Made by a program: the position numbers and the translations under genes | NCBI GenBank assembly: GCA_026417035.1 | Contig: JAOAEA010000007.1 | Span: 9,652 to 73,651 of the forward strand | DNA: 64,000 bases | Source of the DNA: Burkholderiales bacterium | GTDB lineage: Bacteria; Pseudomonadota; Gammaproteobacteria; Burkholderiales; SG8-39 | Direction of reading: 5' to 3' | The notes under the pieces: generated by a model | What the model was told of the DNA's origin: nothing | What the model saw: only the letters and a program-made list of their open reading frames with translations | Databases searched by the model: none | Part shown: piece after piece, positions 37,611 through 48,135 of the stretch | Numbering within the stretch: position 1 is the stretch's first letter | How the letters are laid out: each line of letters opens with the position of its first letter

Positions 37611-37652
37611 GAAAAAGGGGGGACACATCCCCCTTTGCTCAGACATTCCCTA
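37611..37652 (-). repeat. ~40-bp dispersed repeat (copy 3), inverted relative to 35744; may act as the msrB terminator
   Basis: Minus strand reads TAGGGAATGTCTGAGCAAAGGGGGA-TGTG-TCCCCCCCTTTTC. Confidence 0.75.
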
Positions 37653-37701
37653 ACGTCCCCCGCTCCGCCCCGGGGGGCGCCTGTGCGATAATCGCGGGCT
37701 C

Positions 37702-38241
37702 ATGAAGTTCCTGTTCGACATCTTCCCCGTCGTCCTCTTCTTCGTCGCGTTCAAGGCGTGGGGCATCTACGTCGCCACGGCCGTCGCGATCGCCGCGACG
37801 TTCGGGCAGGTCGCATGGCTCAAGCTGCGCCGCCGCCCGGTGGACAAGATGCTGTGGGTGAGCCTCGGCGTCGTCGCCATCTTCGGCGGCGCGACGCTCG
37901 CCCTGCACGACGAGACGTTCATCAAGTGGAAGCCCACGATCCTCTACTGGCTGTTCGGCGCCGCCCTGCTGGTGGGCGACGTCGTGTTCCGCCGCAACCT
38001 GATCAAGGCCGCGCTGGGCGGCGAGATCCGCATGCCGGACGCGGCCTGGCGCAAGCTCAACTGGAGCTGGATCGCCTTCTTCGCCGTGATGGGCGTCGCG
38101 AACCTCTACGTCGCGTTCAACTTCGCCACCGACACCTGGGTGAACTTCAAGCTCTTCGGCGGCGTCGGGCTGATGCTCGTGTTCGTGCTCGCGCAGGGCT
38201 TCTTCCTCGCCAAGCACATCGAGGAGAAGCCCTCGTCATGA
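37702..38241 (+). CDS. yciB: Inner membrane-spanning protein YciB (septation protein A)
   Basis: MKFLFDIFP, FGGATL, FIKWKPT, WVNFKLFG. Confidence 0.95.
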   Translation: MKFLFDIFPVVLFFVAFKAWGIYVATAVAIAATFGQVAWLKLRRRPVDKMLWVSLGVVAIFGGATLALHDETFIKWKPTILYWLFGAALLVGDVVFRRNLIKAALGGEIRMPDAAWRKLNWSWIAFFAVMGVANLYVAFNFATDTWVNFKLFGGVGLMLVFVLAQGFFLAKHIEEKPSS

Positions 38242-38281
38242 GCCGCCGTGCCGACCGCGGCGCCGCGCGGGCCTTGCCTGG

Positions 38282-38542
38282 ATGAGCGTCGCGCAGGCGA
38301 TCCGCGAGCGGCTCGCGGCCCTCGAGCCCGAGTCCCTCGCCCTGGAGGACGAGAGCGCGGCCCATGCCGGACACGAGGGCGCCCGCGGCGGCGGCCATTT
38401 CCGCCTCACCATCGTCTCGCCGCGTTTCACGGGCAAGGCGCGCGTCGAGCGCCACCGCCTCGTGTACGGGGCGCTCGGCCCGCTGATGCAGCGCGAGATC
38501 CACGCGCTCGCGATCGAAGCGCTCGCGCCCGACGAAATCTGA
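38282..38542 (+). CDS. bolA: BolA family protein
   Basis: DESAAHAGH, GGHFRLTIVS, RHRLVY, IHALAI. Confidence 0.93.
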   Translation: MSVAQAIRERLAALEPESLALEDESAAHAGHEGARGGGHFRLTIVSPRFTGKARVERHRLVYGALGPLMQREIHALAIEALAPDEI

Positions 38543-38584
38543 CGAGACCCGCATTCCAGCAGCACCCTCCCGAAAGGACCCCGC

Positions 38585-39400
38585 ATGACACCGAAATCCC
38601 TCCCTGCCGCCGCCCTGCTCGCCGCCGCGCTCGCCGCGGGCGGCCCCGCGGCCGCACAGACGCCCGCCGCGTCGCCGGCGCCCGCAGCCGGCGCCGTCGC
38701 GACCGTGAACGGCGTCGCGATCCCGAAGGCGCGCGTCGACGCCATCGTCAAGGCCCAGGCGGCGCAGGGCACGCCGGACTCGGACCAGCTCCGCGCCGCG
38801 GTGCGCGAACGCCTGATCGAGCTGGAGGTCCTCGCCCAGGAGGCGAACCGCAAGGGTCTCGGGAAGAACCCCGACGTCGTGCAGCAGCTCGAGCTGCAGC
38901 GCCAGCAGGCGCTCGCGAACGCGCTGGTGCAGGACTTCATCCGCGCCAACCCGGTGGACGACGCCCTGGCGAAGGCCGAGTACGAGAAGATCAAGGCCCA
39001 GGCGGGCGACAAGGAATACAAGGCGCGCCACATCCTCGTCGAGAAGGAAGACGAGGCGAAGGACGTCGTCGCGAAGCTGAAGGCCGGCCAGAAGTTCGAG
39101 GACCTCGCCAAAGTCTCGAAGGACCCCGGCTCGAAGGACCGCGGCGGCGACCTCGACTGGAATTCGCCGGCGGCCTACGTGAAGCCCTTCGCCGATGCGC
39201 TGGTCAAGCTGCAGAAGGGCCAGTACACGCTGGTGCCGGTCCAGACCCAGTTCGGCTGGCACGTCATCCTGCTCGAGGACGTCCGGCCGACCAAGTTCCC
39301 CCCCTTCGACGACGTCAAGAACGAGCTGAAGCAGCGCATCCAGCAGCAGAACGTCGCGAAGTACGTCGGCGACCTGCGCTCCAAGGCGAAGATCCAGTAG
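38585..39400 (+). CDS. Periplasmic PpiC-type peptidyl-prolyl isomerase
   Basis: Signal peptide; VATVNG, YKARHILV, SKDPGSKDRGGDLDW, PVQTQFGWHVI. Confidence 0.92.
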   Translation: MTPKSLPAAALLAAALAAGGPAAAQTPAASPAPAAGAVATVNGVAIPKARVDAIVKAQAAQGTPDSDQLRAAVRERLIELEVLAQEANRKGLGKNPDVVQQLELQRQQALANALVQDFIRANPVDDALAKAEYEKIKAQAGDKEYKARHILVEKEDEAKDVVAKLKAGQKFEDLAKVSKDPGSKDRGGDLDWNSPAAYVKPFADALVKLQKGQYTLVPVQTQFGWHVILLEDVRPTKFPPFDDVKNELKQRIQQQNVAKYVGDLRSKAKIQ

Positions 39401-39424
39401 CGCGCCGCCCGAGCGATCGTGAGG

Positions 39425-39446
39425 AACGGGGGCCGCGGCCCCCGTT
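39425..39446. terminator. Probable bidirectional terminator
   Basis: Perfect palindrome AACGGGGGCCGCGGCCCCCGTT between convergent genes. Confidence 0.65.
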
Positions 39447-39464
39447 TCCGTTTCCGGCGGCGCT

Positions 39465-39983
39465 TCAGAAGGCGTTGAGCACCGCGCGCACCTGCGGGAA
39501 ACGCCGCCGCACCAGCGCCTCGACGACGTTGCGCAGGTCGAGCGGCGCGCGCGGGCAACCGGCGCAGGCGCCCTTCAGCCGGACGCGCACCGTGCGGCCC
39601 TCGACGCCGACGAGCTCGACGTCGCCACCGTCCCGGGCGAGGATCGCGCGCACCTCGTCGAGCGCCGCGCGGAGCTCCGCCTCCGGGGGCATCGGCGCGG
39701 CGGCATCTCCGCCCCGCTCCGATTCCAGCCTCAGCTTCAGGAGGTGCTGCTCGCGCGAGATGCGCATCGCCGCGACCGGATCGGCCTCGTAGAGCGCGTC
39801 GAGCTCCGCCTCCGTGTAGAAGGGCGCATCGAGTTTCTCGATCTCGGGCACGGGCAGCGGCTCGTCGGCGGCGTCGCCGGATGCCGCGGAGGCTCCGGCT
39901 GCTGCGCAGCATAGATCAGAGCGGCGTGCGCTGCAGGACGCTGGAGGGGGTGCTTCCCCGCCGTCTCGGGATTCCCGCGGCAC
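39465..39983 (-). CDS. NifU C-terminal (Nfu) domain protein with N-terminal extension
   Basis: LARDGGDVELV, LKGACAGCP; start uncertain. Confidence 0.8.
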   Translation of the reverse strand: MPRESRDGGEAPPPASCSARRSDLCCAAAGASAASGDAADEPLPVPEIEKLDAPFYTEAELDALYEADPVAAMRISREQHLLKLRLESERGGDAAAPMPPEAELRAALDEVRAILARDGGDVELVGVEGRTVRVRLKGACAGCPRAPLDLRNVVEALVRRRFPQVRAVLNAF

Positions 39984-40010
39984 GAGGGACGCGCAACGCA
40001 GCGCGTGCGG

Positions 40011-40757
40011 CTAGACCCCGCCGAGCCCGCTCATGAAGCGGTCGGCCTCGCCGCGCGCGAACTCGAGGAACGCCTGCTCGCCCATCCCGGCGGGCCGCGG
40101 CACGAGCAGCGCGAACCCGAGGAGCACGCCGTCGCGGACGACGAACCGCTCGACGCTCACGCTCGCGAGGTCGGGCGCCCCGCTCACCTGCGCGGCCGCG
40201 TAGGGGAAGAACGGGTCGGCCTCCCGGTTGCGCACCACCACCTCGAGCGCCGGGCCGAGCGCGCCGTCGAGACGCCGGACCTCGGGCGCCTGCGATCCGC
40301 GGCCCGCGTGCAGCGCCCGCTGGCTGCGCTCGACCTCGTCGAGGAGCCGCGCATCGCGCGGGTAGCCCTCCGGAACGCGCTCCGCGACCACGGCCGCGAG
40401 CCAGCCGGCGGCATCGCGGAACCGCACATGGGCGACGGCTACGGCGCCGTCGGGGCGGCGCGCGCGCACGGCGCGGTACACGTCCACGCGTCCGGTGCCG
40501 AGCGGCGGCAAGAGGATGTCGAACAGCCCCTCGGGGGCGAAGTAGCGCCCGTCGCGGATGGCGTCGCCGTGACCGAGCTCGCGCACCGCCGCGTAGCCGG
40601 CGGGCGACATCATCTCGGAGAAGAACTCGCCGAGGACGACCCTCTGCGCGGCGCGCGCGGCAGCGGCGGCGTCGATGCGGTAGGCGTCCGCGGCAGCCGC
40701 GTGCAGGGAGACGGCCAGCAGGGACGCACCCAGGCGGGCGAGCGCCCGGCGGTTCAT
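40011..40757 (-). CDS. Exported hypothetical protein coupled to purL
   Basis: Signal peptide [23 protein letters not shown]; ATGA overlap with the purL stop. Confidence 0.7.
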   Translation of the reverse strand: MNRRALARLGASLLAVSLHAAAADAYRIDAAAAARAAQRVVLGEFFSEMMSPAGYAAVRELGHGDAIRDGRYFAPEGLFDILLPPLGTGRVDVYRAVRARRPDGAVAVAHVRFRDAAGWLAAVVAERVPEGYPRDARLLDEVERSQRALHAGRGSQAPEVRRLDGALGPALEVVVRNREADPFFPYAAAQVSGAPDLASVSVERFVVRDGVLLGFALLVPRPAGMGEQAFLEFARGEADRFMSGLGGV

Positions 40758-43700
40758 CCGACCCAGGCCCGGGCGTTCGCGAACATGCGCTGCCACGGAC
40801 TCGAGTCGCCGGATGCGTCGGGCCGCCACGACCACTGCACCCAGCGGAACATGCGCTCGGGGTGCGGCATGAGGATGGTGAACCGCCCGTCGGCGGTGGT
40901 GAAGCCGGTGAGACCGTCGGGGGAGCCGTTGGGGTTCGCGGGGTAGCGCGTCGCCGGCGCGCCCCGCCCGTCGACGAAGCGCAGCGCCGCGATCGCCGCG
41001 CTCCGCGCGCCGGCGTCGGTGAACACGGCGCGGCCCTCCCCGTGGGCGACGGCGACCGGGATGCGGCTGCCCGCCATGCCGGCGAAGAAGAGCGACGGGC
41101 TCGGCAGGATCTCGACCATCGCGACGCGCGCCTCGAACTGCTCCGAGCGGTTGCGCACGAACTTCGGCCACGCCGCCGCGCCGGGGATCAGGGCCGCGAG
41201 ATTCGACATCATCTGGCAGCCGTTGCACACGCCCAGCGCGAAGGTGTCGCCGCGCGCGAAGAACGCCGCGAACTCCTCGCGCAGCCGGTCGTTGTAGAGG
41301 ATCGACTTCGCCCAGCCCTCGCCGGCGCCGAGGACGTCGCCGTAGGAGAAACCGCCGCACGCGACGGCGCCGCTGAAACCTGCGAGCGTCACGCGCCCGG
41401 CGAGGAGGTCGCTCATGTGCACGTCGCAGGCGTCGAAGCCCGCGCGGTCGAACGCCGCCGCCATCTCGACCTGGCCGTTCACGCCCTGCTCGCGCAGCAC
41501 CGCGACCCGCGGCCGCGCGCCGGTCGCGACGAAGGGCGCCGCGGGATCCGTCTCCGCGTCGAACGTGAGAGCGAGCGAGAGCCCGGGGTCGGCGCGGTCG
41601 AGGATCGCGTCGTACTCCTCCTGGGCGCAGTCGGGGTTGTCGCGCAGCCGCTGCATGAGGTAGGTGGTCTCGGACCACGCGCGCTCGAGCGCGGCGAGCG
41701 GCTCGGCGAACACCGGAGCCGCGTTGCGCACGAGCCGCACCTCGTCGCGCGCATTCGGGCCGCCGACGACGAGCGCGTAGAGGCCGTGCCGGCGCAGCGT
41801 CTCGGCCACGCGCTCGCGATCCTCCATACGCACCTGCAGCAGCGCGCCGAGCTCCTCCGCGAAGAGCGCGGCGAGCACGCGCTCCGCGTCGCGCCCGGCC
41901 ATGAGCGCCGGGGTCTTCTCCGAGCCATCGACGTCGAGCGCCTCCGGATCGTAGGCGAGCACGTCGAGGTTCAGCGTGACGCCGACGCGGCCGGCGAACG
42001 CCATCTCGCAGGCCGCGGCGAAGAGCCCGCCGTCGGAGCGGTCGTGGTAAGCGAGCACGGTTCCGGCGGCGCGCAGCTCCGCGAGCGCCGCGTAGAAGCG
42101 CTGCATCGCCGCCGGATCGTCGAAGTCGGGCGCCTCGTCGCCGGTCTGCGAGTAGACCTGCGCCAGGACGGAGCCGCCCAGGCGCCCGCGGCCGCGCGCG
42201 AGGTCGACGAGCACGAGATCGGTCGGGCCCCGGTCCGTGCGCAGCGCCGGCGTCCAGGTGCCGCGCACGTCGTCGACCGGTGCGAACGCCGAGACGATGA
42301 GCGACACCGGCGCCACCACCTCGCGCTGCGCCCCGCCCTCCTGCCAGGTCGTGCGCATCGAGAGGGAATCCTTGCCCACCGGGATGCCGACGCCGAGCCG
42401 CGGGCAGAGCTCGAGCGCGACGGCGCGCACCGTGTCGAAGAGCGCCGCGTCCTCGCCGGGATACCCCGCGGCGGCCATCCAGTTCGCCGAGAGCTTCACC
42501 CTTCCGAGCGCCGTCACCGGCGCCGCGGCGAGGTTGGTGAGCGCCTCGCCGATGGCCATCCGGCCCGACGCGGCGGGATCGATCACCGCGAGCGGCGTGC
42601 GCTCGCCCATCGCGAACGCCTCACCTTGGTAGCCCTCGAAGTCGGCGAGCGTCACGGCGCAGTCGGCCACCGGCACCTGCCACGGTCCCACCATCTGGTC
42701 GCGCGCGGTGAGCCCGCCGACGCTGCGGTCGCCGATCGCGACCAGGAACGTCTTGCGCGCGACCGTCGGCGCCGCCAGGACGCGCAGCGCCGCTTCGCGG
42801 AGCTCGATCCCCGAGGCGTCGAAGGGCGCCGGCCGCCGCGCGACGTGGCGCACGTCGCGGACCATGCGCGGCGGCTTGCCGAGCACCGCGCGGAGATCCA
42901 TGTCCACCGGCAGGTTGCCGAAGAGGGGGTCGCGCACCTCGAGGTGCTCCGCCTCGGTCGCGACGCCGACCACCGCGAACGGGCAGCGCTCCCGCTCGCA
43001 GATCGCGCGGAAGTGCTCCAGGGACGCCGGCGCGATCGCGAGGACGTAGCGTTCCTGCGCCTCGTTCGACCAGATCTCGCGCGGGGACATGCCGGGCTCC
43101 TCGCTCGGCGCGGCGCGCAGGTCGATCTTCGCGCCGCGGCCGCCGCTCGCCGCGAGCTCCGGCAACGCGTTCGAGAGTCCGCCGGCGCCGACGTCGTGGA
43201 TCGAGAGGATCGGGTTCGCCTCGCCGAGCGCCCAGCAGCGGTCGATCACCTCCTGCGCGCGGCGCTGCATCTCGGCATTGCCGCGCTGCACCGAATCGAA
43301 GTCGAGGTCGGCGATGTTCGCGCCGACGTTCATCGAGGAGGCGGCGCCGCCGCCCATGCCGATCAACATCCCCGGCCCGCCGAGCTGCACGAGGAGCGCG
43401 CCCGCGGGGATCCCGGCCTTGTGCGAGTGCATCGCGCGGATCGCGCCGACGCCCCCGGCGATCATGATCGGCTTGTGGTAGCCGCGCACCACGCCGGCGA
43501 CCTCCGCCTCGTACGCGCGGAAATAGCCGGCGAGGTTCGGCCGGCCGAACTCGTTGTTGAAGGACGCGGCGCCGATCGGGCCCTCGATCATGATCGCGAG
43601 CGCCGAGGCGATGCGGTCGGGACGTCCGAAGTCGCGCTCCCACGGCCGCTCGTGCCCGGGGATGCGAAGGTTCGACACGGAGAACCCGCACAGCCCGGCC

Positions 43701-44680
43701 TTCGGCTTCGCGCCCCGGCCGGTCGCGCCCTCGTCGCGGATCTCGCCGCCCGCGCCGGTCGCCGCGCCGGGAAACGGCGAGATCGCCGTGGGGTGGTTGT
43801 GCGTCTCGACCTTCATCAGCGTGTGCGTCGGCTCGCGGTGGCGGCGGTAGACGCCGTCGGCATCGACGAAGAAGCGCGAGGCCTCCCCTCCCTCCATGAT
43901 CGCCGCGTTGTCGGCGTAGGCGACGACGGTGCCCTGCGGGCTCGCCCGCTCCGTCTCGCGGATCATGCCGAACAGCGTCTCGCGCCGCGGCTCGCCGTCG
44001 ATCACCCAGGAGGCGTTGAAGATCTTGTGACGGCAGTGCTCCGAGTTCGCCTGCGCGAACATGGTGAGCTCGACGTCGGTCGGGTTGCGGCCGAGCCCGG
44101 TGAAATGCTCCGCGAGGTAGTCGATCTCGTCGGCCGACAGCGCCAGCCCCATCGCGAGGTTCGCTTCCTCGAGGGCCGCGCGGCCGCGGCCGACGAGGTC
44201 CACGGTCGCGAGCGGCCGCGGCGCGAAGTGACGGAACAACGCGTCGGCCTCGTCGAGCGAGGTGAGCACCGCCTCCGTCATCCGGTCGTGCAGCAGCGGC
44301 AGCGACCGCGCGACCGCGGTCGCCTCCGGCGCCGCGAGACGGTAGAGCGTGCCGCGCTCGATCCGCAGGACCGACGCGAGGCCGCACTGGCGGGCGATCT
44401 CGGTCGCCTTCGAGGACCACGGCGAGATCGTGCCCAGACGCGGGGTGACCACCACCGTGTGCGTCGCCGCCGCGGGGGCGCCGGCCGGCTCGCCATACGT
44501 GAGCAGCCGCTCGAGCCGCCCGCGGTCGGCGTCCGAAGGCTCGCCATCGGTCTCGATGAAATGCCAGAACTCGCTCTGGAGGATGCGGAGGCCGGGGCGG
44601 ATCGCCGCGAGGCTGGCGTTCAACTTGTCGAGACGGAACGCCGGGAGGGCCGAGCCCCCGCGGAGCTTGAGGATGGGCAT
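40754..44680 (-). CDS. purL: Phosphoribosylformylglycinamidine synthase (large single-chain)
   Basis: [54 protein letters not shown]. Confidence 0.97.
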   Translation of the reverse strand: MPILKLRGGSALPAFRLDKLNASLAAIRPGLRILQSEFWHFIETDGEPSDADRGRLERLLTYGEPAGAPAAATHTVVVTPRLGTISPWSSKATEIARQCGLASVLRIERGTLYRLAAPEATAVARSLPLLHDRMTEAVLTSLDEADALFRHFAPRPLATVDLVGRGRAALEEANLAMGLALSADEIDYLAEHFTGLGRNPTDVELTMFAQANSEHCRHKIFNASWVIDGEPRRETLFGMIRETERASPQGTVVAYADNAAIMEGGEASRFFVDADGVYRRHREPTHTLMKVETHNHPTAISPFPGAATGAGGEIRDEGATGRGAKPKAGLCGFSVSNLRIPGHERPWERDFGRPDRIASALAIMIEGPIGAASFNNEFGRPNLAGYFRAYEAEVAGVVRGYHKPIMIAGGVGAIRAMHSHKAGIPAGALLVQLGGPGMLIGMGGGAASSMNVGANIADLDFDSVQRGNAEMQRRAQEVIDRCWALGEANPILSIHDVGAGGLSNALPELAASGGRGAKIDLRAAPSEEPGMSPREIWSNEAQERYVLAIAPASLEHFRAICERERCPFAVVGVATEAEHLEVRDPLFGNLPVDMDLRAVLGKPPRMVRDVRHVARRPAPFDASGIELREAALRVLAAPTVARKTFLVAIGDRSVGGLTARDQMVGPWQVPVADCAVTLADFEGYQGEAFAMGERTPLAVIDPAASGRMAIGEALTNLAAAPVTALGRVKLSANWMAAAGYPGEDAALFDTVRAVALELCPRLGVGIPVGKDSLSMRTTWQEGGAQREVVAPVSLIVSAFAPVDDVRGTWTPALRTDRGPTDLVLVDLARGRGRLGGSVLAQVYSQTGDEAPDFDDPAAMQRFYAALAELRAAGTVLAYHDRSDGGLFAAACEMAFAGRVGVTLNLDVLAYDPEALDVDGSEKTPALMAGRDAERVLAALFAEELGALLQVRMEDRERVAETLRRHGLYALVVGGPNARDEVRLVRNAAPVFAEPLAALERAWSETTYLMQRLRDNPDCAQEEYDAILDRADPGLSLALTFDAETDPAAPFVATGARPRVAVLREQGVNGQVEMAAAFDRAGFDACDVHMSDLLAGRVTLAGFSGAVACGGFSYGDVLGAGEGWAKSILYNDRLREEFAAFFARGDTFALGVCNGCQMMSNLAALIPGAAAWPKFVRNRSEQFEARVAMVEILPSPSLFFAGMAGSRIPVAVAHGEGRAVFTDAGARSAAIAALRFVDGRGAPATRYPANPNGSPDGLTGFTTADGRFTILMPHPERMFRWVQWSWRPDASGDSSPWQRMFANARAWVG

Positions 44681-44702
44681 GGCGAGGCGCCGGTAAAACG
44701 CG

Positions 44703-44708
44703 ATTATA
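44703..44708 (-). promoter_or_regulatory. Putative sigma70 -10 box of purL
   Basis: Perfect TATAAT on the minus strand, 22 nt upstream of the ATG, in a GC-rich background. Confidence 0.55.
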
Positions 44709-44870
44709 CCGGCACGGGCCGGCGCTCCCGGCGCAGGGGACCGCGGGCCGGTGCCACGGACGCGTCGCACTGGAGCGCCGCGCGATGCAGCGGCTGGCGA
44801 AACCAGCGGCCGCTGCGCGCCCTCGACGCAGGGCTTGGGAGGGCGCCGCGCCCGCTGCCGCGGATCCCCG

Positions 44871-47800
44871 CTAGCGCCGGAAGGTGATCTGCGGCAGCGC
44901 CCCGCTCACCGAGAAGCTCGCGCGCGACACGCCGCCCTGCGGCGACTTCATCTCCGCCGCGACCTTGCCGGTCACGGCCTTGCCGCCCTCGACGTCGAGC
45001 GCGCCCGACGCCGAGAGCACGCCGGCACCGAGGCGCAGGTTGCGCAGCGCGACCCGGCCCGCGTCGATCTGGCCCTGGCCGGAGAGCTCGTTGAAGGCGG
45101 TGCCGCCGTCCTTGCTCGCGCCAGTCTGGAGCATGCGGGCGAAATCGATGTTCGCGAGCTGGCCCTTCTGCACGGTGAAGTTGCCTTCGAGCCGCGCGCT
45201 GTCGAAGAGCTTTTCGGGCGCGGCGGCGCTCATCGCGAACGTGCCCTGCGCCAGCACCCGGCCGGCGCCGAAGAGCTGCGGCACGAGCACCGTCGCGTCC
45301 GCCTGCCGCAGGTCGGCATCGCCCTCGAGCGTCCAGCCGTTCGCCCAGCCGAGGCGGGCGCGGCCCCGCACCACGCCATCCCAGATCCGTCCGTCGAACT
45401 CGGTGAGCACGAGCTCGCCCGGCGCGACCTCGCCCTTGCCGCCGAAATCGGCGAGCACCAGAGAGGAGCCGAACGGAACGCGCAGCGACGCGACCGTGAG
45501 CTCGATGGCGGCCCGGCCCGGACGCGGCTGGACGTCAGCCAGGATCTTTTTGTCGGGCGTGGCGAGCGTGAGCTTCTGCACCGCGCCGTTCGCCGCCAGC
45601 GTCGCCGTCGCCTCCAGCGTCGGCAGCTCGATGCCCGGGAGGGCGAGCTTCACATCGTGCGCGACGATGCGCTCGACCGCGAGGTCGGCGGAACCCGGCG
45701 GCTTCGCCCATAGAATCCCCCCCAGGCCCGCCGGCGAGACGGTGACGCCCGAGAGCTCGAGGGTCCTGAACGTGCGGGCCTCGCCGAACATCGTCCCGAG
45801 CTCCGGGTGCGCCTTCACCGACGCGATGCGCACCGCCTGGTCGGCGCCGACGACGACGTTCTCGAAGCGGACCGCGGGCGTCGGCAGGACCGAGAAGCCC
45901 GCGCTCTGGATCTTCACCGGCGCACCGAACTTGGCGCTCGCCAGCCGCTCGTAGAACGCGGTGTCGAGCGACAGGAACTGCAGCGCGACCGCCCCGGCGA
46001 CGAGCGCGGCCACGAGGCCGATGCCGATGAACTTCCCGAGCCCGCTTCCGCCGCGCCGCCGCCCCGACGACACCGGCTCCGCGCGACGTGGGGACTCGGC
46101 CTCGGCGCGGGCTTCGGCTTCCGCCTGCTCGCGGGCGCGCTCTTCCTTGCGCGCACGCGCGGCCGCCTCGGCCTCGGCCTTCGCCCGCGCGCGCTCTTCC
46201 TCGCGCGCCTTGCGGTCCGCTTCGTGGCGCGCCTTTTCCTCGGCCTCGCGCCGCGCGCGCTCCTCGGCTTCCTGTCGTGCGCGCGCCTCGGCCTCGGCGT
46301 GGCGCTGCGCTTCGGCCTCCGCCCGCGCGCGCTCCTCGGCCTCGCGGCGGGCGCGATCGTCCGCCTCGCGCTTCGCACGCTCTGCCGCTTCGCGCTTCGC
46401 CCGCTCCCTCGCCTCGGCCTCGCGCCGGGATCGCTCCTCGGCCTCGCGCCGCGCGCTCTCCTCGGCCCGACGGCGCGCGCCCTCCTCTTCGGCGCGCTGC
46501 TTCGCCTCGGCCGCGGCGAGCTCCGCCGGGCTCGGGCCCTGCGAGGCCCGGTCGATCTCCGCCTGGAGCTCGCGCCGGATCCGTTCCTCGGACTCGCGCC
46601 GCTCGCGCTCCTCGGCCTCGCGCCGCGCCTTCTCCGCGGCTTCGCGCCGGGCCTTCTCCTCGGCCTCGAGCCGCGCGGTCTCCTCGGCAATGCGCCGGGC
46701 CTTCTCCTCGGCAGCGCGCCGGGCCTTCTCCTCGGCTTCGCGCCGCGCCCGTTCCTTCTCCTCGGCTTCGCGCCGCGCCTTTTCCTCGGCCTCCCGCCTG
46801 GCTCTTTCTTCGGCTTCGCGCCTGGCCCGCTCCTCGGCTTCGCGCTTCGCTCTCTCCTCGGCTTCGCGGCGCGCTCTTTCTTCGGCTTCGCGCTGGGCCT
46901 TCTCCTCGGCGATGCGCCGGGCTTTCTCTTCGGCCTCGCGCCGGGCTTTCTCTTCGGCCTCGCGCCGGGCTTTCTCCTCGGCTTCGCGCCGCGCCCTGGC
47001 CTCGGCGTCCTGGCGTTGCTTCTCCTCCGCCGCGCGCGCCTTCTCGGCCGCGTCGCGCCGGGCACGCTCCTCGGCCCGCCGGACTTCGTCCTCGAGCTCG
47101 CGGCGCAGCGCCTCTTCCTTCTCGCGCTTCGCGCGCTCCGCGGCCTCCGCCTGCGCGCGGGCCTCGGCCTCGCGCTTCGCTTTCTCCTCGGCTTCGCGCC
47201 GCGCCCGCTCGTCGGCTTCCCGCTTGGCCCTTTCTTCGGCTTCGCGCCTGGCCCGCTCCTCGGCTTCGCGCTTCGCTTTCTCCTCGGCTTCGCGCTTCGC
47301 TTTCTCCTCGGCTTCGCGCTTCGCCTTTTCCTCGGCTTGCTTGCGGGCGCGCTCCTCGGCCTCGAGGCGCTTGCGTTCCTCGGCCTCGCGCTTCGCCCTC
47401 TCTTCGGCCTCGCGCTTCGCCTTCGCGGCAGCTTCCGCCTTCGCCTTCGCTTCGGCCTTGGCCTTCGCCTCCGCTTCGGCCCGGGCCTTCGCTTCGGCCG
47501 CGGCCCGCGCCTTGGCTTCGGCCTCGGCCCGCGCCTTCGCTTCGGCCTGCTCGCGCTCGCGCGCGGCGGCGACCTGGCGCGCGACCTCTTCGACCTCGGC
47601 GGTGTCGGGCGTGCCTTTCCCGGGACCCGACTGGCTGATGATCGCGGTGAAATCGAGGTCCACGTCCTCCTGCACGCTCGGCAGCTGCGAGGGCGGCGAA
47701 ACGCTCACGGGCGCCGTGACGAACTCGCGCACGAAGCCTTCGCGCAGCAGGCGCGTCATCGCTTCGAGGAGCTTCGGCTCGGAGAACTTGTCGAGCTTCT

Positions 47801-47936
47801 GGTGGACGTCGCCGACCGTGGCCTTGCCGTCGATCTGCGAGAGCACGTTGCGGATGTCGCGCGGGAGGAGGCTCGTCTTCCCGGTGACCTCCATGAGGCC
47901 CTTGGCAGTCTTCGTGAGTACCGTTCTTCTGTCCAT
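44871..47936 (-). CDS. Membrane-anchored protein: putative wHTH domain + E/K/R/A helical repeat rod + TM + AsmA-like C-terminal domain
   Basis: N-terminal [10 protein letters not shown]...[10 protein letters not shown]...LLREGFVRE; about 490 aa of EAEEKARR-type repeats; [19 protein letters not shown]; beta-rich C-terminus with [22 protein letters not shown]. Confidence 0.85.
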   Translation of the reverse strand: MDRRTVLTKTAKGLMEVTGKTSLLPRDIRNVLSQIDGKATVGDVHQKLDKFSEPKLLEAMTRLLREGFVREFVTAPVSVSPPSQLPSVQEDVDLDFTAIISQSGPGKGTPDTAEVEEVARQVAAAREREQAEAKARAEAEAKARAAAEAKARAEAEAKAKAEAKAKAEAAAKAKREAEERAKREAEERKRLEAEERARKQAEEKAKREAEEKAKREAEEKAKREAEERARREAEERAKREADERARREAEEKAKREAEARAQAEAAERAKREKEEALRRELEDEVRRAEERARRDAAEKARAAEEKQRQDAEARARREAEEKARREAEEKARREAEEKARRIAEEKAQREAEERARREAEERAKREAEERARREAEERARREAEEKARREAEEKERARREAEEKARRAAEEKARRIAEETARLEAEEKARREAAEKARREAEERERRESEERIRRELQAEIDRASQGPSPAELAAAEAKQRAEEEGARRRAEESARREAEERSRREAEARERAKREAAERAKREADDRARREAEERARAEAEAQRHAEAEARARQEAEERARREAEEKARHEADRKAREEERARAKAEAEAAARARKEERAREQAEAEARAEAESPRRAEPVSSGRRRGGSGLGKFIGIGLVAALVAGAVALQFLSLDTAFYERLASAKFGAPVKIQSAGFSVLPTPAVRFENVVVGADQAVRIASVKAHPELGTMFGEARTFRTLELSGVTVSPAGLGGILWAKPPGSADLAVERIVAHDVKLALPGIELPTLEATATLAANGAVQKLTLATPDKKILADVQPRPGRAAIELTVASLRVPFGSSLVLADFGGKGEVAPGELVLTEFDGRIWDGVVRGRARLGWANGWTLEGDADLRQADATVLVPQLFGAGRVLAQGTFAMSAAAPEKLFDSARLEGNFTVQKGQLANIDFARMLQTGASKDGGTAFNELSGQGQIDAGRVALRNLRLGAGVLSASGALDVEGGKAVTGKVAAEMKSPQGGVSRASFSVSGALPQITFRR
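46095..47570 (-). repeat. Coding 24-bp tandem repeats (EAEEKARR)
   Basis: Many near-identical units, e.g. TTTCTCCTCGGCTTCGCGCTTCGC at about 47277-47324. Confidence 0.85.
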
Positions 47937-48135
47937 CGTGTTCCGGCGTGCGGGGCGGGCTCCAGCGATCGCGAATGCTAACACCGCGGGGCACCGCGGG
48001 CCGTGCAATAGTGCCCTTGCGCGGCAGACCCTGACGAGGCGCGGCAGATCGCGGGCAGCCGGCCGGGCACGATCCGTGCTGACGTTTGCGGTCGGAAGGC
48101 GCGACCGCCTCCCGCTCACGCGGAAAAATTCACAC

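Noticed and set aside
44681-44870. Purine/ZTP riboswitch upstream of purL
   Set aside because: No recognisable riboswitch consensus; a TATAAT 22 nt from the ATG leaves no room for a long leader
40862-44887. Long antisense ORFs opposite purL (also 49689-53411, 54178-58089, 11375-14149)
   Set aside because: Shadow ORFs expected from GC3 bias; Arg/Gly/Ala-rich with no motifs
45961-48135. Ser/Arg/Ala-repeat N-terminal extension on the EAL regulator
   Set aside because: Antisense translation of the EAEEKARR repeats; the REC domain starts at ATG 48136
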